Source of the DNA: Antedon mediterranea
Taxonomy: Eukaryota > Animalia > Echinodermata
Assembly (NCBI RefSeq): GCF_964355755.1
Contig: NC_092673.1
Location: 25,293,648 to 25,357,647, forward strand
Length of the DNA: 64,000 nucleotides
Reading direction: 5' to 3'
Below the pieces are notes generated by a model. It did no database searches and was not told where the DNA came from. It worked only from the letters and a program-made list of their open reading frames with translations. Positions 1-14,480 of the stretch are shown in pieces. A program made the position numbers and the translations under genes. The first letter of the stretch is position 1. Every line of letters begins with the position of its first letter.

Positions 1-323
1 AACGAGTTGATTATTTATATATAATTTTACAAAACAATAGATATACATTCGCATTAACGAAAAAGAACATTTTAAACAATAATTGTTAAACAATCAGAAA
101 GCTAGATTTAACCAAAGATAGTGTTTAGTATCTTTGATTTAACCGGTTATTTCGGAGCACAAATTGAGCAGAAACGCGGTCTTGTTATTGTTATCTATTT
201 TTAATCTATTTTAAAATAACCGGTTAAATTGCGTTATGCAGCAGAAACAGACCCTTATTTGCTTCTCCCACATATTTATCGCTTCTACTAAATTATTACC
301 CATTGGACGACGGTGACACAGAC

Positions 324-480
324 ACAGGGGTGGCGCCAGGATCTTCCCGACGTGGGGGCTACATTCCCCGACGAGGGGGCTATGCGAGCGAAGCGAGCAT
401 CACTAGGCTGGGGGCCAGGGGCCGCCAAGGTGGGGGTCCAGGGGGCGAAGCCCCCGGAAGCAACGCGTTCTAGCGTCATT
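324..480. repeat. GC-rich MITE-like fragment
   Basis: caggggtggcgccagg start, hairpin gggggcgaagccccc, motif gcgagcgaagcgagc; no matching right end found. Confidence 0.4.
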
Positions 481-799
481 TGAGGTCATTTTAATCAGAT
501 TTAGGGTAGCCATTTTTTCCATTTTTTATAATGCATAAATAAAATACTGCGTGCAAAAAAACGATGCGCGATGACTGTTTCAATCCATATTTTTCAATTT
601 AAAAAATAAAAGTTCAAAGAAAATTTAGAAAAATAGAGTTGGAGGTCCCGGAAATTGGACTTATTATACTTCAAAACATGAAACAAAATATAAGTCCCTA
701 TCATGGTTGTGACTGAGCTAACAAATGTTTGAAAAATAGAGATGTTAGGTGCCGAATGCACTTCTTGTACTTCGAAATATCCGCTTTATTGTTGGGGCT

Positions 800-2147
800 G
801 AGCACAGACATAGAAAGTATTTACTGTTTGTTTCGCCCTTTTCTGTCCATTTTGTTCTTGAACGAATTTGGGCGCTTTGCTTCAAATTCATAAATATCTT
901 CCAACTCTTTAGTTTTCTTTTTAATTTCTAGTTCTATTGTTTCTTCTCCGTTTGTATCTATTAACTGAACATTTAGTTGATTGATTTCTTTTTGTAAATT
1001 TTCTTTTTTTTCTATTTTTATAATATGTTTTTGTTTTTCCGTATTTGATTGAGTACTCTTTATTTTTTACTTTAATTAGTTCCCATTTGTCTACAGGATT
1101 AAGAGAATGCGACGATTTATCAATTATTTTGTTTACACTGTCAATAAAAATTTGATCAGTTAAAAGGTCTGAATTAAATTTCCATAGACCTCGACCACGT
1201 TTCTCTTCAGTTAAGTTGAGTTTAATTGATACTCCTTGGTGATCTGTGAATATAGCAGGTCTGATATCACATGAAGATATATTTTCTGCTTCCAGTAATT
1301 TTTTTGATACAAACCAATAGTCTAATCTTTTATAGAGATTTACTGACTTTCTACGCCATGTAAATTGGATTTTATTTTTATTAAGAAATCTCCAAATATC
1401 GATTAATTTAAGTTTGTTTAAAAAGTTTTTAACCGTGAATACGGATTTATCAATTTTCATCTTACTGCCTCTTTGGTCGCAAAATTTATCTTGGATGCAG
1501 TTCATGTCTCCGGCAATTAAGATATATTCTGTGTCGCAAAAGCTTTGAATCTGTTTCTGAAGGTTTCTAAAGAAAGTGCTCCGTGATTTGCTATCATTTG
1601 GAGCATATACATTAATTATTGTGTATTGAACACTCTCTATTTCGATAGTTAACAGGATGAATCTACCACTGACGTCGATATTCTGTTTTATAAATTTGTA
1701 ATCAAAGCCTTTTCTAATAAGAATGGACACTCCTCTGCTAGCAGAAGTGCCAAAGCTATGAAAGGCGTCACCATCCCAAAGGAAATTGTGATCATTAGTA
1801 CGATCTTCAGTGAGATGAGATTCTTGTATAAGAAATATATCGACCTTATTAACATGTGCCCAATTAAATATTTTTTGCTGTTTTTCTTTTATCTTTAGAC
1901 CTCTTACGTTTAAAGAAACGCAGTGTAAGTGTAAATTATTTTCTTTAACCATTTTATATGACAATTAAATAACTTAATTCAAAAGCTTTACAGAACGGTA
2001 CTATAGCTTAACAGTGTAAGTAACTCTAATACGATACTGATACATACTATCTATGTGGACTTGCTTCTCATACGTTTCCTCTTCTTCTTCTGAGTTTGTT
2101 TAGGGCTTGGTGGTGCGATTAGTTTCTCTACATCAGTTTCTTTGCCT
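800..2147 (-). mobile_element. Tx1/L1-clade LINE: ORF1 C-terminus and ORF2 APE endonuclease, truncated before RT
   Basis: ORF 921..1964 has APE motifs SLNVRGL, IQESH, NVYAPN, GDMN, RLDYW, TDH; frameshifted continuation RSRTKWTEKGETNSKYFL; ORF1 tail GKETDVEKL...RSKST* at about 2146-2051. Confidence 0.9.
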
Positions 2148-5100
2148 TTCAAATTCAAATTCAAATATTCTTTATTCATCCTCAATCATGAAAATATACA
2201 ACAACAATATATGAGAACATAAAAAAGATGAAAAGGAAACACATAAAAACTCAAAAGAGCTTGATTAGTTGTGTCCCCCTATGTCCCTAACTAGCCTAAA
2301 AAACTAAAACATAAATAATAAAAAAAGCTAAATCCTGCAACAAGTATTATTTTTAAAATTATTTGTAAAATGATAATAAATGTTCTTTAAACAATGATTT
2401 AAATATATATATTGATTTGGTATTTTGTAGTTCGTAATTCAAGTCATTCCACAATTTGGGTCCCACACATGACACAGTAAAACTAGTAGAAGTACGATTA
2501 CGTTTTCTGAGTCTCATTTTGTCTTTAAATCTTGTATTATAATTATGGTAAGAACCATTTTTAATAAAGAGCGATGAAAAACGCACGTCCTGATTAGTAG
2601 TAACATTATACATGAAAAGCCCAATTTGGTACTTATTGATATCCGCAATTTTAAGAAGTTTAAATTTATAGAAACATTCAGTCATTGAATCATTAAACTT
2701 TGACCATGTTATAGCTCGTAATGCCCTTTTCTGGAGTTTAAATAACTCATCTAAATAACTTGGAAATGTGCTACACCATTATTATGTTGCAATAATTTAA
2801 TACTGGTTCAATGAGTGATTTGTATATTGTCCAGAGAGCATAGGTTGGTAAAAAATGTCTTACTTTATATAGTATGCCTACATATCGAGATATTTTCCTA
2901 GCTGTAACATTGATGTGGTTCTTATATGTGAGAAATTCATCAATATGTACTCCAAGGAATTTAGTCGATTTAACTCTTATCTATTCTTTTATTGTTGACA
3001 TAAATATTTACATTCTATAAATTACTTGGATTTCGCTGATTGCGGAAAATTATGTAATTAGTTTATTTAACGTTGATTGATAGTTTATTGCACATGAACC
3101 AATCCGAAACATTTTTTAGTTCACCATTAACTAGTTCTATGAGCGTATCCAAGTTTTCGTGAGATGCAGATATGTTTGTGTCGTCAGCAAATAAAACAAA
3201 AGATAACGAGTTTGAACAATTAAATACATCGTTAATGTACAAAATAAAAAGTAGAGGCCCCAGAATTGAACCCTGTGGTACACCGCAATTTATATCCATC
3301 AAACACGAACTTGTGTTATCAATAGACGTAAATTGTTTCCTTCCATTAATATAGTTTCTAAACCATTTAAGGGCCGTGCCTCTTATGCCATAGTGTTCCA
3401 ATTTTTTAAGAAGTATATCATGGTTGATGGTGTCAAACGCTTTTGACAAATCAATAAATATTCCGATGGTATTTTTTTTCTTATCAAGCGCATCGGTTAT
3501 TCGTTCAACCAGATCTATAACGGCCATAAAAGTAGAACTGTTTTTTCTGAAACCATATTGTGCATTATTAAGGATGTTAAACTTTGTGATATAATTATCA
3601 ATATATATTTACTCTAATTTGAACAATTTTTTCAAGAATTTTTGAAGCGGTAGGCAGAATAGAGATCAGCCTATAATTACTGACGTCACTTTTATTGCCA
3701 GATTTAAAAATTGGAACTACTCTAGCTACTTTCATACTATCAGGGACCATGCCTGTCTCAAGAGAGAGGTTAAAGATATGTACAAGAGGAGATGCCACAG
3801 CAGCAATAATATGTTTTAGAATGCGATTACTTAAGTTATCAACACCTTCTGAATTTGAATTTTTGATTTGACTAACTATTTCAATGACCTCTTCTTCATT
3901 CGTAGGATTGAAAAATATGGATTGGGATTGACTCTCTTTCATATATTGTTTAAAGTCAGAATTGTTTACATTTGGTATTTTGTTTGCTAATTCATTTCCA
4001 ATGTTGGAGAAGAAGTCATTAAAAGCGTCAGACATACCTTTTGGATCACATACCAAAGTTTTATTACTATGGTTAATTACCTCATTTGGCTTACACTCGA
4101 TTTTTTTCTATTTAGAACTTCATTTAAAACTTTCCATGTTTGCTTTGAATCGTATCGAGCTGCATCCAGTTTTTTGGAATAATATTGTTTTTTCCGAATT
4201 CTAATTAAATGAGTTAATTTATTTTTGTACTTTTTATATATATTTTTTAATAATTGTGTTGGGTTTTTAAGGTATTTTTTATAAAGTTTATTTTTCTTTT
4301 TTATTGAAATCAAAATTCCTGTTGTGATCCATGGTTTTTTCTTTGTATTACCATTTGGCTTATTACTTTTTGTAGGTATGTTATTATCTATGAGATTGGA
4401 TAGTTTTTTAATAAATAGGTTATATGATGTATTGGTATCTGTGCATAAATATAGTTCACCCCAATCCTCATTAGAAATAGCAATAAGCAAGTTATTTAAT
4501 GTTGTATCATTAATTATTTTTTGTTTTGTAATTGGAGCTTGTGTGTTAGTATTTAATGACAAGTGTGTTGTCATGAAAATGGGTAGATGATCGGTAATGT
4601 CAGTGACTATTACTCCACAATGCGAAATGTTATCATCATTTGTAATAATATTATCTAAAATTGTAGCAGAAGACGATGTTATTCTGGTGGGTAAGTTGAT
4701 TAATGGATTAAAAGATGTTGAGTAAATAATGTTTGTGAATTCCTGTGTTGTTTTTTGAATGTCATATTTTAATAAGTCTTGATTAAAATCTCCTAAGATA
4801 TAGCAGTTTTTGTTTTCGCGATTAAGTTTATGTAAGATTTCTTCCAGATCAGAGTTAAATGAGTTGACGTTTGAATTTGGTGGTCGATACAACATACCTA
4901 CAATAGTATTTTTGCCGTTTGTGTTTATTATTTCTAGAAAAAGTGAATCAATGGAGTTATCATTAAATACAAAATCATCACGTGTTACGGTGTTGATTTG
5001 TTCTTTTAAATATAGACAAACTCCACCACCGACTCTACCTTCTCTATTACAAGTGTACATATTGTATCCATTGATATTTAATAAGTAAATTGGCGTGTTC

Positions 5101-6430
5101 TTATTTATCCAGGTTTCCGAGAAACCAAGTACATCAAACGCACGACCTATGGTATCTAACATAATGCTAATTTCGTCGAAGTGTTTTGGAAGACTACGTG
5201 CATTCATGTGTAACGTTGTAAAGATACCATCGTTATCAATTTGCGCCTGTAGCTCATTTAGTTGTGTTGGAGTGAAATATTTGCATAAACCAGCCTCGTC
5301 ACTTTCAAAGCAATCTAAGGAATGTGTAGGACTCGATTTATTTTCATATTGAGTCGTGCTCATAAAGTAGTATTGAAAAAGAACAAATCAATTCACCAAA
5401 GCTGTTAAGCAAAATGGCGTTCAAATAAATGACTAAAAACCGGCAGGTTAGCAATACAATAAAAAAAAAAAAAAACACAATTTACAATAAAAAGAATCAC
5501 AATAAAGCACGCACACCAAACATTTAATGCAGTCTATAATGTATACAATAGTTAAAATTCTGGTTTCAGGGCAAAAACAAGAAATCTCACAATTTCACAT
5601 TTAATGTACTACCACACGGTAAATTAGGTGGAATGCAGTTTGTTGAGATCGGAAAATTTTGTTACGACAATCTTCTTATTATTCTTAGTTAGTACATGTA
5701 TGCGTCCATCTTGGGTCCAGACTGCGGTCAAGGCGGAATTATGCTGGGTTTTGATGGTTCTTAACAATTTCATCCTTTTCATTGTTAGGTTCTCGTGTAT
5801 AAAGGTATCGGTACCTTTCAGTTTTCTTTTTGCTTTAAAACTTCATTTCTTTTATTGTATTGAGCGAACTTCACAATAACTCCCCGGGGCTTGCCGTTAC
5901 TTGGTTTCTTGGGGCCTAGTCTGTGACTCCTATCAATGTCATTATGATTCACCGTAAGGTTCATCTTAGAACTAAATAATTGTGTAACAATATTATCGGT
6001 ATTCTCACCTACTTTCTCCTCCAGTCCGTGTATCACCAAACAGTTCCTCCTGGAATATTGTTCACTTTCATCCAGTGATTCCCTAATGTCCTCGATTTCC
6101 TGTTCCATTTTCTTCATGCGATCATTCGACTCGTCAAGTTCAAATCTAAGAGCATCCATAGTGGCTTTACTAACAATTTGCATAATATGCTCAGCCAGTT
6201 GGTCCTTGATCATCGATGTTATTTGTTTCGCTAAGTTATCCAATATGTCCGATTTGCCATCAAATAAGAGTTTCAATTCAGATTGGATAATGCCAGCGAT
6301 TTCCTTAGAGTCTATGTCACAATTGGACTTATCTAACTTATCTTCAAGGCAAGGGATGCCTTTTCCTTCAGCCTCTTTTTGGTTACGACGTGGCCTGGCT
6401 GCAGGCGAATGTTTTCGTTTTCTGTTGTTT
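2148..6430 (-). mobile_element. CR1-group (Crack/Daphne/L2-like) LINE, near full length, frameshifted
   Basis: ORF1 about 6430-5625 (EQYSRRNCLVIHG, IDRSHRLG, VIVKF); APE 5363-4077 (MNARSL, SETW, YRPP, GDFN, TDH); RT fragments DLSKAFD, GVPQGSILGPLLF, FADDT; 3' tail aataaa followed by (tttgaa)3 at 2177-2148. Confidence 0.92.
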
Positions 6431-7378
6431 CATGTATAATCACTATTTCTCTTGAGGCTTGCGATGTTGGTTTAATGAAGTTGGTAATCCTAGGTTGACT
6501 ATCTTCGCATGATGATTTTATGGCAATTGGTGTTGATAAGTCACCAGATGGTTCATCTTCGCACTGATTACCTTTTTCTTCCTTGTCGCCAGTCGCTTCG
6601 ATATCACTATCCTCATCATTTGAGAAAGTAAAACTCTCTTTGTCCTCACTGTTTTCTTTCTTTTTATGTACAATATCGTCCCACATTTTCTGTATGAATT
6701 TTTCTCCAGATGACTGCCTAAATAAGAGACTAGATTGGTCATCGTCACAAGAAGGGGTGTCGCTAATTTCATCCCGTTGTACAATAGCTTTACAGAACTT
6801 AGCAATGTGCCCTTTTTGTCCACATCTATGGCATACATATGGTGTTTTATTTGGACACATGTTGATTCTGTGCCCTGTCTCATTACACTGGAAGCACTTC
6901 TCTACGTCGACCTGGTTGTTATGAAAAATTCTGACTCTAAACCCATTAATCATTGTGAAGCGTGGAAGACTCCCTTTGAAATCTTCGACGATAATTGCTC
7001 TGTCTCCATTTACGAATCTAGAAAGTTTTCCGTTGATTCGGAATTTAACGTATTGTATACTACCAATTATTTTACAACCTAGCCGCTTTAGAGTGGTACC
7101 AATTTCATCATTGTGTACTGATATCGGAAGGTCTTTCACCAGGACACGTATACCTTTATTAACAGGTAGATATGGATTTGTGTCATGAATTGTTACATTT
7201 CTACCTTTTATGTTAAGCCCGGCAGTTAGAATTTTGACTCGATCGCTATGTTTGTTTATATAAATTCTCCATAAGTTTTTGATTTTTTGTATTCCTATAA
7301 GAGCTTCTCCATCAATAACTTCACAAAGAGCAAAATAAATACTTTCCTCATTTAAATAATTGTTATAATATCTTGTTA
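6431..7378 (-). mobile_element. Tx1/L1-clade LINE ORF1 (gag-like, two CCHC knuckles)
   Basis: CFQCNETGHRINMC and CHRCGQKGHIAKFC; frame extends upstream of the called start (GIQKIKNLWRIY...NPY...VLVKDLP). Confidence 0.88.
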
Positions 7379-7379
7379 A

Positions 7380-7680
7380 CTTTTATTAACGGATGTGAAG
7401 GAGCGATCCTGCGGGCCCATTCGACCTTACTTCGCTTTAAATGTGGAAAGAAACGCGAGATGCTATTGGATTCGATCGTAATAATTGCTCCTAGCAAGAG
7501 AAATAAAGGTTACGCGAATTTCCAACGTTTAGTACTAGTTGCACGAGATAAACATATCTCAATTTGTTGAAATCCGACTCACACACACACACACACACAC
7601 ACGTATCAGAATGAACCCGCGGGCGATAATAAATGAAAAAGGCATGCGGAGCAGTTCTATGTTTATTTCTTGTTAATCAA
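7380..7680 (-). mobile_element. Short non-autonomous element, possibly Helentron-associated (HINE-like)
   Basis: Imperfect inverted repeat cctgcgggcccattc (7408-7422) / gaatgaacccgcggg (7609-7623) with a (CA)n tract next to one end. Confidence 0.35.
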
Positions 7681-7739
7681 GCAATTCAACTCTAACCTTT
7701 GAATTTTATCAACGCACTTTAAAAATGACGCACAGTATT

Positions 7740-9440
7740 ATAATCAGGAACAAGCCGGTTTTAGAAAGGGGTTCAGAACATCGGATAATGTATTTATTCT
7801 TAAAACAATCATTAATAAATACCTAGGAAAAAACGTGGGAAAGTATATGTTGCTTTCATTGATTTTAAACGAGCCTTTGACTCCGTAGGACATCAATATC
7901 TTCACATAAAACTAAAAAATTCAGGAGTAAAAGGAAAAATGTTAAACGTTATTAATTCAATGTACAATAAGTTATCAGCACATGTTAAGGTCGACGGCAA
8001 TATTAGTAATTCTTTCAAATGTCTAATAGGTATACAACAGGGTTCGCCACTCTCGTCCTTGTTATTTAATGTTTTTATTAATGATTTGAGTGAAACATTA
8101 AATGAGGAAGGCGACGAGCATAGAATCCAAATAGGAAATCTAAAAATTAATCATTTACTCTATGCAGATGACCTTATGTTATTTGGTGATACCGTTTATG
8201 GTCTACAATATTATTTAAACAAGTTATCTACCTATTGTACAAGATGGAAAGTAACTGTCAATGTTAACAAGAGTAATATTATGGTGTTTAAGAATGGTGG
8301 TAATCTTAACAAATTTGAAAAATGGAATTACAATGGAAATACAGTTGACATTGTCAAATCCTTTAAATATTTAGGAGTTGTTTTCAACTCAAATGGTAAT
8401 TGGAATAAAGCCAAAGAATACAATTGTCAACAAGCTAATAAGGCTTTGTTCACATTAAAAGGATTGACCCATAGACGTTTTGGTAACCTCCAAGTTAATA
8501 TATGGAACCATATATTTGATGTTAAGATTATGCCAATCTTACTTTATGGTAGCGAAATATGGGGTTTAAATGATATATCAGTATTAGAGAAAGTTCATCT
8601 AAGATTCTGTAAATACATTCTAGGAATAGGTAATTCTGCACCAAGTGTTGCAGTGAGAGGAGAATGTGGAAGATTCACTATCCAAATTCAAATTATCATT
8701 AATATAATTCGTTATTGGCTTAGAGTAATCCAAATGGATAATGACAAATTTATTAAACAATGTTATGATTTTCAAAATAGAAAAGCTCAAAGAAATGAGC
8801 AATGTTGGGCCAATGACGTAAAACAAATACTATGCATAAATGGATTTGGTAACATATGGTACTCACAACAGGTTAATAATATATATACTTTTATTTCAAA
8901 TTTTAAACAAAGGCTTACAGACATTGAACGACAGAAATTCTACGAAGATACTAGGCTACACTCTAAGCTCCAATATTACAAGCACGTTAAATATAAGTTT
9001 GGGATTGAAGAATATCTAACAAAAGTAACAAATTACAAACATAGACAAATTATGACTAAGATACGACTAGGAATTTTAGAATTAGAAATTGAAAAAGGAA
9101 GATGGAATTGTATAAATAGAAATGAAAGATTATGCAAATTATGTGCTTTACAATCAATTGAAGATGAATATCATTTCACTTTAGTTTGTCCATTTTATTC
9201 AGATATTAGAACTAAATATATGTTTTCCTTTTATACAAACAACCCAACTAAATTAAAATATATTTATCTTATGTCTGCCACAAATACTGATCTTATTGTT
9301 AAACTTGGAAAATATTTATTTTTTTCATTTAAACGTAGAACAGAATTTTTAAACGCACTCAACTGATATTTATTTAATATTGTATTACATTGTATATTAT
9401 TTGGGCCAAAAAGGCCATATATAATAAATGTTTCTTGGAT
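7740..9440 (+). mobile_element. 5'-truncated non-LTR retrotransposon RT, RTE-X-like
   Basis: QEQAGFRKG, frameshift, FIDFKRAFDSV, QQGSPLSSLLF, LLYADD, KYLG, C-terminal RLCKLC...EDEYHF..VCP; aataaa near 9423. Clade assignment tentative. Confidence 0.88.
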
Positions 9441-12400
9441 CTCCAAGAAAGAATGAGAATGAATGAGAATAATATTAGTACACTTCCCATTGTGAAGATA
9501 GTAGCGGTATAGTCAAGCTCTCTCTACACTATAAAACTAGTTTGACAAAAAAAGTGTGACGCGCCCAAACATGGTATGGATATGACGTCATCGCGTCCAT
9601 ATTATTATGGGCACATCACTTTTTCTTTCACATAAAATGTGATAGTTTATTAGAGCTTTAAGCTCTCTCTACACTATCAAACTAGTTTGATAACATAAGT
9701 TTGACACGGCCAAATATGGTAGTGATATGACGTCATCGTGTCCATATATGGGCATATCACACTTTATTTTTGGTCACATAAAGTGTGATAGTGTATCAGA
9801 GCTTAGACCCATTTTAAAATAATAGAAACTTAATACCTATAATTGTTATTGTACTAAATTTAATTCGACAGAGCCCCTGCCATTGAACTCAACGATTAAC
9901 ATTATTACATTTCTTCGCAAATCCCCACACCAGAAATTCCTTTCTCATTTACAATTTATAATCACCCATTCCAATAGATGCCCTTGAAAATGAAACGGGA
10001 CAAAGGGCGCGTTTATACAACACGCTATTACACGCATATTCTACACGCCTACGAAAAGTGTGTTGTATAACAACAAAGAGATTCCGTGTAATGAGATTTT
10101 AATTGCAAAAAAGGCTACTTGGCTGAATCCTAAAATTTGGTGGATTCCCGGTCGCCGTTACCGTGTTGGAAGTGTCCTCAGGGTATATTTTGACCTCTCG
10201 TTAAAACAGGTCGTAATATCAATCATTGCTAACAAGATTGGGCCCATTTATTGCTGCTTCGCTGCCAGCAATCATCCTCCTACCACGTCTTACGCCTAGC
10301 CTAGTGGGGCCAACTCGTAGTGGTAGTAGGCCTCTATCGTTTCCCACTCCAAACAGAATTAAAAAAATAACATCGCAAAAATGGCATCTTCTTCCATAGT
10401 GTATAGATGAAACAATTCCATCAATATACACTATATTCATTCATTCAATATATATATTATACAAAATTCTTTATAGTTTATTAAGAGATAATTGGGATGA
10501 AAGTTGTCAATGGCAGCCATTTTGATTTTATGCAAATATGGCAACTTATTACTGGGCATAGCAGATTTTGAACATATTATTTCAACAATATAAAACAAAC
10601 TTTGTTTGGCAATTTGTTTGACTCAAAAGCTATTAGAGTTATTTCCACAAGTCTACAAATAAAATACGCTTAAAAAGTTACAGATACTGTAATATATTAT
10701 TTTTCCCATTTTCACTATGAGTAAACTAGGTTTATACGGTATAGTTATTTGTGGCACTAAAACCTGGCTGAATACAGGTAATACGATCTAAACAATTCTT
10801 TCAAACCCCAGCAAGATAAGCTACGGTACTAGATACCCAATATCAAATCGTTATTAGCAATGGTAATATACTCTAGAGAGTCGTGGGACCAACAGGTCAA
10901 CACCTAACGAATCATCGTCAAACAAGTTCTTTGTTTTTAGTTTCGTTGTCAGCGTTTATTTCAAAAAAACAAATTGACTGCAATTGCAAAAATGTCCCAT
11001 GGGTCAAAGCATCAATGACTCCAGTAGACATTAATGGTTATCCATTACGAATAAAACATGGCAGTTGGTAAAGATGTTATTATAATAAAAAGAACGTGAT
11101 AGCAATCTTCCATTGCGGAGTACTGGCATGTTCTTTTAACTGATGAAAATGCTAAAAGAATCATTAATCATGACTCCCCAGACTCTCTCTAAAGCTCTAT
11201 CTAATGCTATCAAGCTTTATGTGATAAAAGAAATATGATGTGTCCATACATGGAACTATAGTTCCATGGTCCATATATGAAGATGATGATGTCATATCAC
11301 TATACCATTGTTGGGCATATCACTACCAAACTAGTTTGTATAGTTGTTCGTAGGTTAAATAGACCATGGAAGTGAACACAATAAATTACATCACTGGAAC
11401 TCACCCTTCCTGCACACTAGGAGAGGCATTTGAAGAAAATGCATCCTTTCGGTCATATTGTTGTCCCCTGCAAAGTCATTGAATTACTGTATCCGTTTTT
11501 TCGTATGAACACCTCACTACCTCGATGTCTGCCAAATCATTTATCATGATCTGAACGATCGGTGGCCATTAATTAGACCGTGAACCGGAGGCCTCTGGGG
11601 AATAGTTGTCAATGATATGAGACCCAAATGTTTAATGACAAAAACCTCAATTTTTAACTTTAACCTACATCGTATATATTATTTTCGCGGCCGAACAGTT
11701 GTTAAACACAACAAAGGCATCCCCACCACTGGGTACAACGATTTAAATCTGTGTTTTCACTATCAAACTTTATGTGACAAAAATGGGATGTGCCCTATAT
11801 GGACATGATGATGTCATATCACTACCATATTTTTTAATATCACTGCTATATTTCAGCACATCACACTTTTTCGTTGTCGAACTAGTTCGATAGTGTAGAC
11901 AGAGCTTTAGGTGCTACCGTACTAATGCCAAACATGAGTCAAGTGGGATTTCGAGTATAAACACTTTGACAGATACAAACAATTATTTTTACTAAACGTC
12001 GCAACTAATTATCTGGTTAATGTTCCAGATCGTCATCGATGCATGAACAAAGATAAGACGGCTAATGCATTTGTCGATTTGTATAAATCATACCACAGAA
12101 TAAGGCATAATTAATTTAAAGAGACATTAGGCGCGCATATGAAGCAAGATATGGTAGGCCTAAACTACATCGATTTTATTTGTACATGGAGGATGTTTTT
12201 ACTTGATCTTCTTTATGTCCGATGGTTTGCAGACGATTGTGATGACGTATTAATGCACGTTACCACTTTTCGAAAGAAATTATCCGGTGATTCAATCTAG
12301 ACTAGCCGCTAGTCTCTGTTAAGCTCTGTCGACACTATCAAACTTTATGTGACAAAAAAATGTGCCAATTATGGACATGACGATGTCATATCACTATTTT

Positions 12401-13055
12401 GATAGTGTATACAGAGTTGTATTGTCTTTTTTATGTTTTAGTATTTAATGAGACTGGTAAATCAGTATGAAACGCCATGTGTGCCAAAATGTTTATCTTT
12501 TTATCAATATTAATTCGATAGCCGCCTAGAACCGAGACAAGGGTCTGAAAACAGAACAGTAATCAGGTTTTCTTTCTGTGGTGATCTTACAATTAAACGT
12601 AAAACAAAATATACACTTGGTTACAAAATTCTGGTTTTAAATTGTTTCTTTTTTATTTTGCACTTTTTTTCGCGCAAAGGAATGTATGAAATTTACTAAT
12701 TATATATACTTTATACAACGTGCATAATACCATTTATATAAGACCCGTTTGGAAATTTCAAAACGACACATTATTTTCTACAACGCGAGAAAAAAAAATA
12801 TGATCAAATCGAAATGTTATACAATACACAACGGTGCTTTATGGAAACACTAATTTTTAAATAACAAATAACTTAATGAATGCGTAATTTAATAAACCGT
12901 ATGATAGCATAGGCATAATGCTGTGTAAAGATATGTAAACATACACTAATTAAATTTCTAAAACAGTTAAACCAAAGAAAAACACAATCTGTTATCGAAT
13001 AAAGTCGGGTCTCCAATAAAAGTGTAACGACTCTCTGACACCTAATCAAGGACTA

Positions 13056-13231
13056 GTGGCCGTATTCACCAGTACCACTTAGTACTTGGGACACACCCTT
13101 GACAAAACGAAGATATCTGCTATCTACTAAGCGAATACAATTTAAGGGAATAAACTTATGTATCGACTTAAGTGAAATACAAATATAGGCATACAGCAGG
13201 AAAACATTGTGTGAATGGCGAATACGACCAC
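13056..13231. mobile_element. MITE
   Basis: 16-bp imperfect TIR gtggccgtattcacca / tggcgaatacgaccac. Confidence 0.55.
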
Positions 13232-14112
13232 ATCATGTTTATCGGGTCTGCAGTTGTCTCTAATTGGAGAAAATCTTTAAAATGGCGGAGAAGTCTGCAA
13301 TAGGATTGTTTAATTAGGTGTTTAATTGGAGGGAACGTTTAGTTTGAAATAAATTTGACCAGAGGCCCTAAAAAGTATGAAAAACCAAATCAAAAGGTCA
13401 TTGCGGTTTTCGGTATTTTTTTTTTTAGGTTTTTTTTTAACTCGTTCACCCTAAAATAGTTTGACAAAAAAAGTGCGATACGCCCAATTATGGTAGTAAT
13501 ATGCTTAAGTATGGTAACATCATCATGTTCATATATGGGCATCGTATTTTTTACCATATAAAGTTTAATAGTGTAGACAGAGCTTTAAGCCTTGTATACA
13601 CTATCTCTATCACTTTATGTAACAAAACAATGTGATATATGGACATGATGATGTCATAGCACTACCATATTTGGGCATACCACTACCACATTTGGGCACA
13701 TCACATTTTTTTGCCATATAAAGTTTGATAGTGTAGATAGAGCTTTAGACATGCCGATACAATTTTTAGATTATAATGTAATTATAATGAAATGTTTCAT
13801 TCATGCTTGCGTTCACATTACATGTTTCAAGTTCATTTATATTGGTTTTCTGATTATTTAGTCATTTTCCTGAAGATGAGAAAATAATATATCGTTATGC
13901 AAATGTAAAAATCAATAAATAAAGCCTGGACTGAAGCCATGTAGAGAGAAGGGAGATGAGAGGTAAATACAAGCACAATGCAATGAATGACATGACAATC
14001 GTACCTGCCATCTGCTTGTAATGAACAACAAATTGAATTCTACACAGTAATTATGAAGGAACATTAAAAATAATGGGATATAATATAATACAAAATTGCA
14101 AATATTAACCAA

Positions 14113-14480
14113 GACCTTTAAAGGAGAACTTTATAGCAACATCAAATCACGGTGGTTATCAGTTAAAGGGACAGCACATGCACAAAAGCATTTGATTTGG
14201 ACCAATGACTCTGGGAATGATAGCCAAACATTCAACCATCGAAATACAACTCCAAAGTTGTGAAGTATTCATTCAAAAGGAACGGATATTATATAATTTG
14301 GTATTGCAAATATCAAACAGGACTTTTAAAGAGAATTGTATAGCAACATTAATCACGGTGGTTATCAGTTAAAAGGACAGTACATAATCAAAATCATTTG
14401 ATTTGGACCCATGGCACTGGGAATGGTAGCCAACCATCCAACCATCAACTACAACCCCAATGTTGTCCAATGAAGTATTT
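14113..14480. repeat. Tandem duplication of about 210 bp in the probable 3' UTR region
   Basis: tttaaa.gagaa...tatagcaacat..aatcacggtggttatcagttaaa.ggacag at about 14117 and 14325. Confidence 0.8.

Noticed and set aside
3172-7188. Plus-strand ORFs overlapping LINE genes
   Set aside because: Antisense shadows of the minus-strand coding frames with no motifs.
11400-11670. Possible minus-strand exon of a neighbouring gene (gtgag donor near 11404)
   Set aside because: No recognisable protein and no supporting downstream exon found.
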